A stretch of DNA of 64,000 nucleotides from a virus (lineage: Duplodnaviria; Caudoviricetes). Made by a program: the position numbers and the translations under genes. The stretch lies in the IMG/VR virus record IMGVR_UViG_3300020420_000671. One strand, given 5' to 3'. This document shows, piece by piece, positions 63,058-64,000 of this stretch (the first letter of the stretch is position 1; each line of letters starts with the position of its first letter). The notes beneath the pieces were generated by a model, which saw only the letters and a program-made list of their open reading frames with translations, was not told the origin of the DNA and did no database searches.

Positions 63058-63756
63058 ATGGCAATACAAACAGTAAACATAGGAACAATAGCAAACGACG
63101 GTACAGGTGATGACCTACGTGAAGCGTTTGTAAAAGTAAACAACAACTTCGCAGAACTAGATGCTAGAGATCCTGAAAAAACCACAGGTGCTAATCTTGG
63201 CACATCGGGTGAAGGAGTATTTGCTCAAGTAAGTGCCGCAGAGATGCAGTTTAAAAAATTAGTAGCTGGCACGGCCGTAAGTTTAGCAAGTGACAACAAC
63301 ACTATTACAATTAATTCTACAGCAACTGGCTTACCGCAATTACAGGTGTTTGCTGATAATACTAATGCTACTTTTGACGCTAACAATACAGCATTAACAC
63401 TAGCAGGTGGAAATTTAGTTACAACAAATTTAGTTGGAAGCACAATAACTATTACTTCAGAAACTTCGTTGTTTACAGACACAACTCCTAAACTTGCCGC
63501 AAACTTAGATGGACAACAAAAAGAAATCATTAATACAAGTGATATTAAAAGTACAATATATGGCGTCGATATTAGAAATATAAAAGATGTTGCTCCATAT
63601 TTAACTTTTGATCAAGGTCTTGCTTTTCCAACATCTTTCAGTAGTTCATTAGACTACCTAGTTGACGCCTTAAGCGTTGACTTTGACAACGGAACATCTA
63701 CATTTACAGCATCAGCATTACCTACCGCAGATATGGGTACACTTCCTACAGCATAA
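63058..63756 (+). CDS. Baseplate/tail structural protein
   Basis: VNIGTIANDGTGDDLREAFVKVNNNFAEL N-terminus; late box 63037. Confidence 0.8.
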   Translation: MAIQTVNIGTIANDGTGDDLREAFVKVNNNFAELDARDPEKTTGANLGTSGEGVFAQVSAAEMQFKKLVAGTAVSLASDNNTITINSTATGLPQLQVFADNTNATFDANNTALTLAGGNLVTTNLVGSTITITSETSLFTDTTPKLAANLDGQQKEIINTSDIKSTIYGVDIRNIKDVAPYLTFDQGLAFPTSFSSSLDYLVDALSVDFDNGTSTFTASALPTADMGTLPTA

Positions 63757-63776
63757 ATATAGTATAGGAGTACAAA

Positions 63777-64000
63777 ATGTCTGAACTATGGACTGTAAAC
63801 ACAGGGCACAATCTCGGAACATATAACGAAAGCATTACGCAAACTATTGCTTTACCTATCAATACCGTAGATAGTCTAACATTAATAAGTGGCTCTCTTC
63901 CTGGCGGTTTACGAATAGCAAATAATAATAGTTTGATAGGAACTCCATATGAAGTAAAATCACTAAAAGAATTTCAGTTTGTTCTACGTGCTAGAAAAGG
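63777..64000 (+). CDS. Structural protein, 3'-truncated by the window edge
   Basis: SD AGGAG, late box 63754; MSELWTVNTGHNLGTYNES...ISGSLPGGLRI. Confidence 0.6.
   Translation, partial: MSELWTVNTGHNLGTYNESITQTIALPINTVDSLTLISGSLPGGLRIANNNSLIGTPYEVKSLKEFQFVLRARK

Noticed and set aside
1-64000. Alternative genetic code (stop-codon reassignment)
   Set aside because: Known genes are full length in the standard code, all three stops terminate genes, and the tRNA-Trp is CCA, not a suppressor
1-64000. CRISPR array, integrase or IS element
   Set aside because: No regularly spaced direct repeats and no recombinase or transposase motifs seen by eye

Overview
64 kb fragment of a large, AT-rich (roughly one-third G+C by eye), densely coding, lytic-looking tailed dsDNA phage with T4-like features: TAAATA late-promoter boxes, gp9/gp10-type baseplate N-termini, nrdAB, DNA ligase, Hsp20, and 2OG-Fe(II) oxygenases. 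Several markers point to a marine alphaproteobacterial host: a circularly permuted alpha-type tmRNA, a PcyX-type bilin reductase, a 17-kDa-antigen-like lipoprotein and a ROSE-like thermometer. Layout: putative head/internal proteins (1-6150); nucleotide metabolism and auxiliary genes (6.2-51 kb: NifU, exonuclease, Mtd-like tail protein, nrdAB, glutaredoxin, Hc1-like, Csp, tmRNA, hemC, hemE, PG hydrolases and lipoproteins, bS21, guaC, Hsp20, ClpS, heme-oxygenase-like, PcyX, peroxiredoxin, ClpP, PsiE, 3 tRNAs, ligase, QueD, glycosyltransferase, PMM, UvsE, IscA); tail/baseplate module (51.2-64 kb). The strongest leads are: (1) a two-piece tmRNA whose excised intervening segment carries a complete 62-aa gene, and whose tag is 29 aa long; (2) a phage tetrapyrrole set, hemC-hemE directly behind the tmRNA plus PcyX next to a heme oxygenase lacking its heme-ligating His; (3) a probable programmed -1 frameshift at A_AAA_AAG (5839-5845) into a start-less ORF; (4) a rare tRNA-Arg(GCG). 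All family assignments come from motif recognition by eye; no database search was run.
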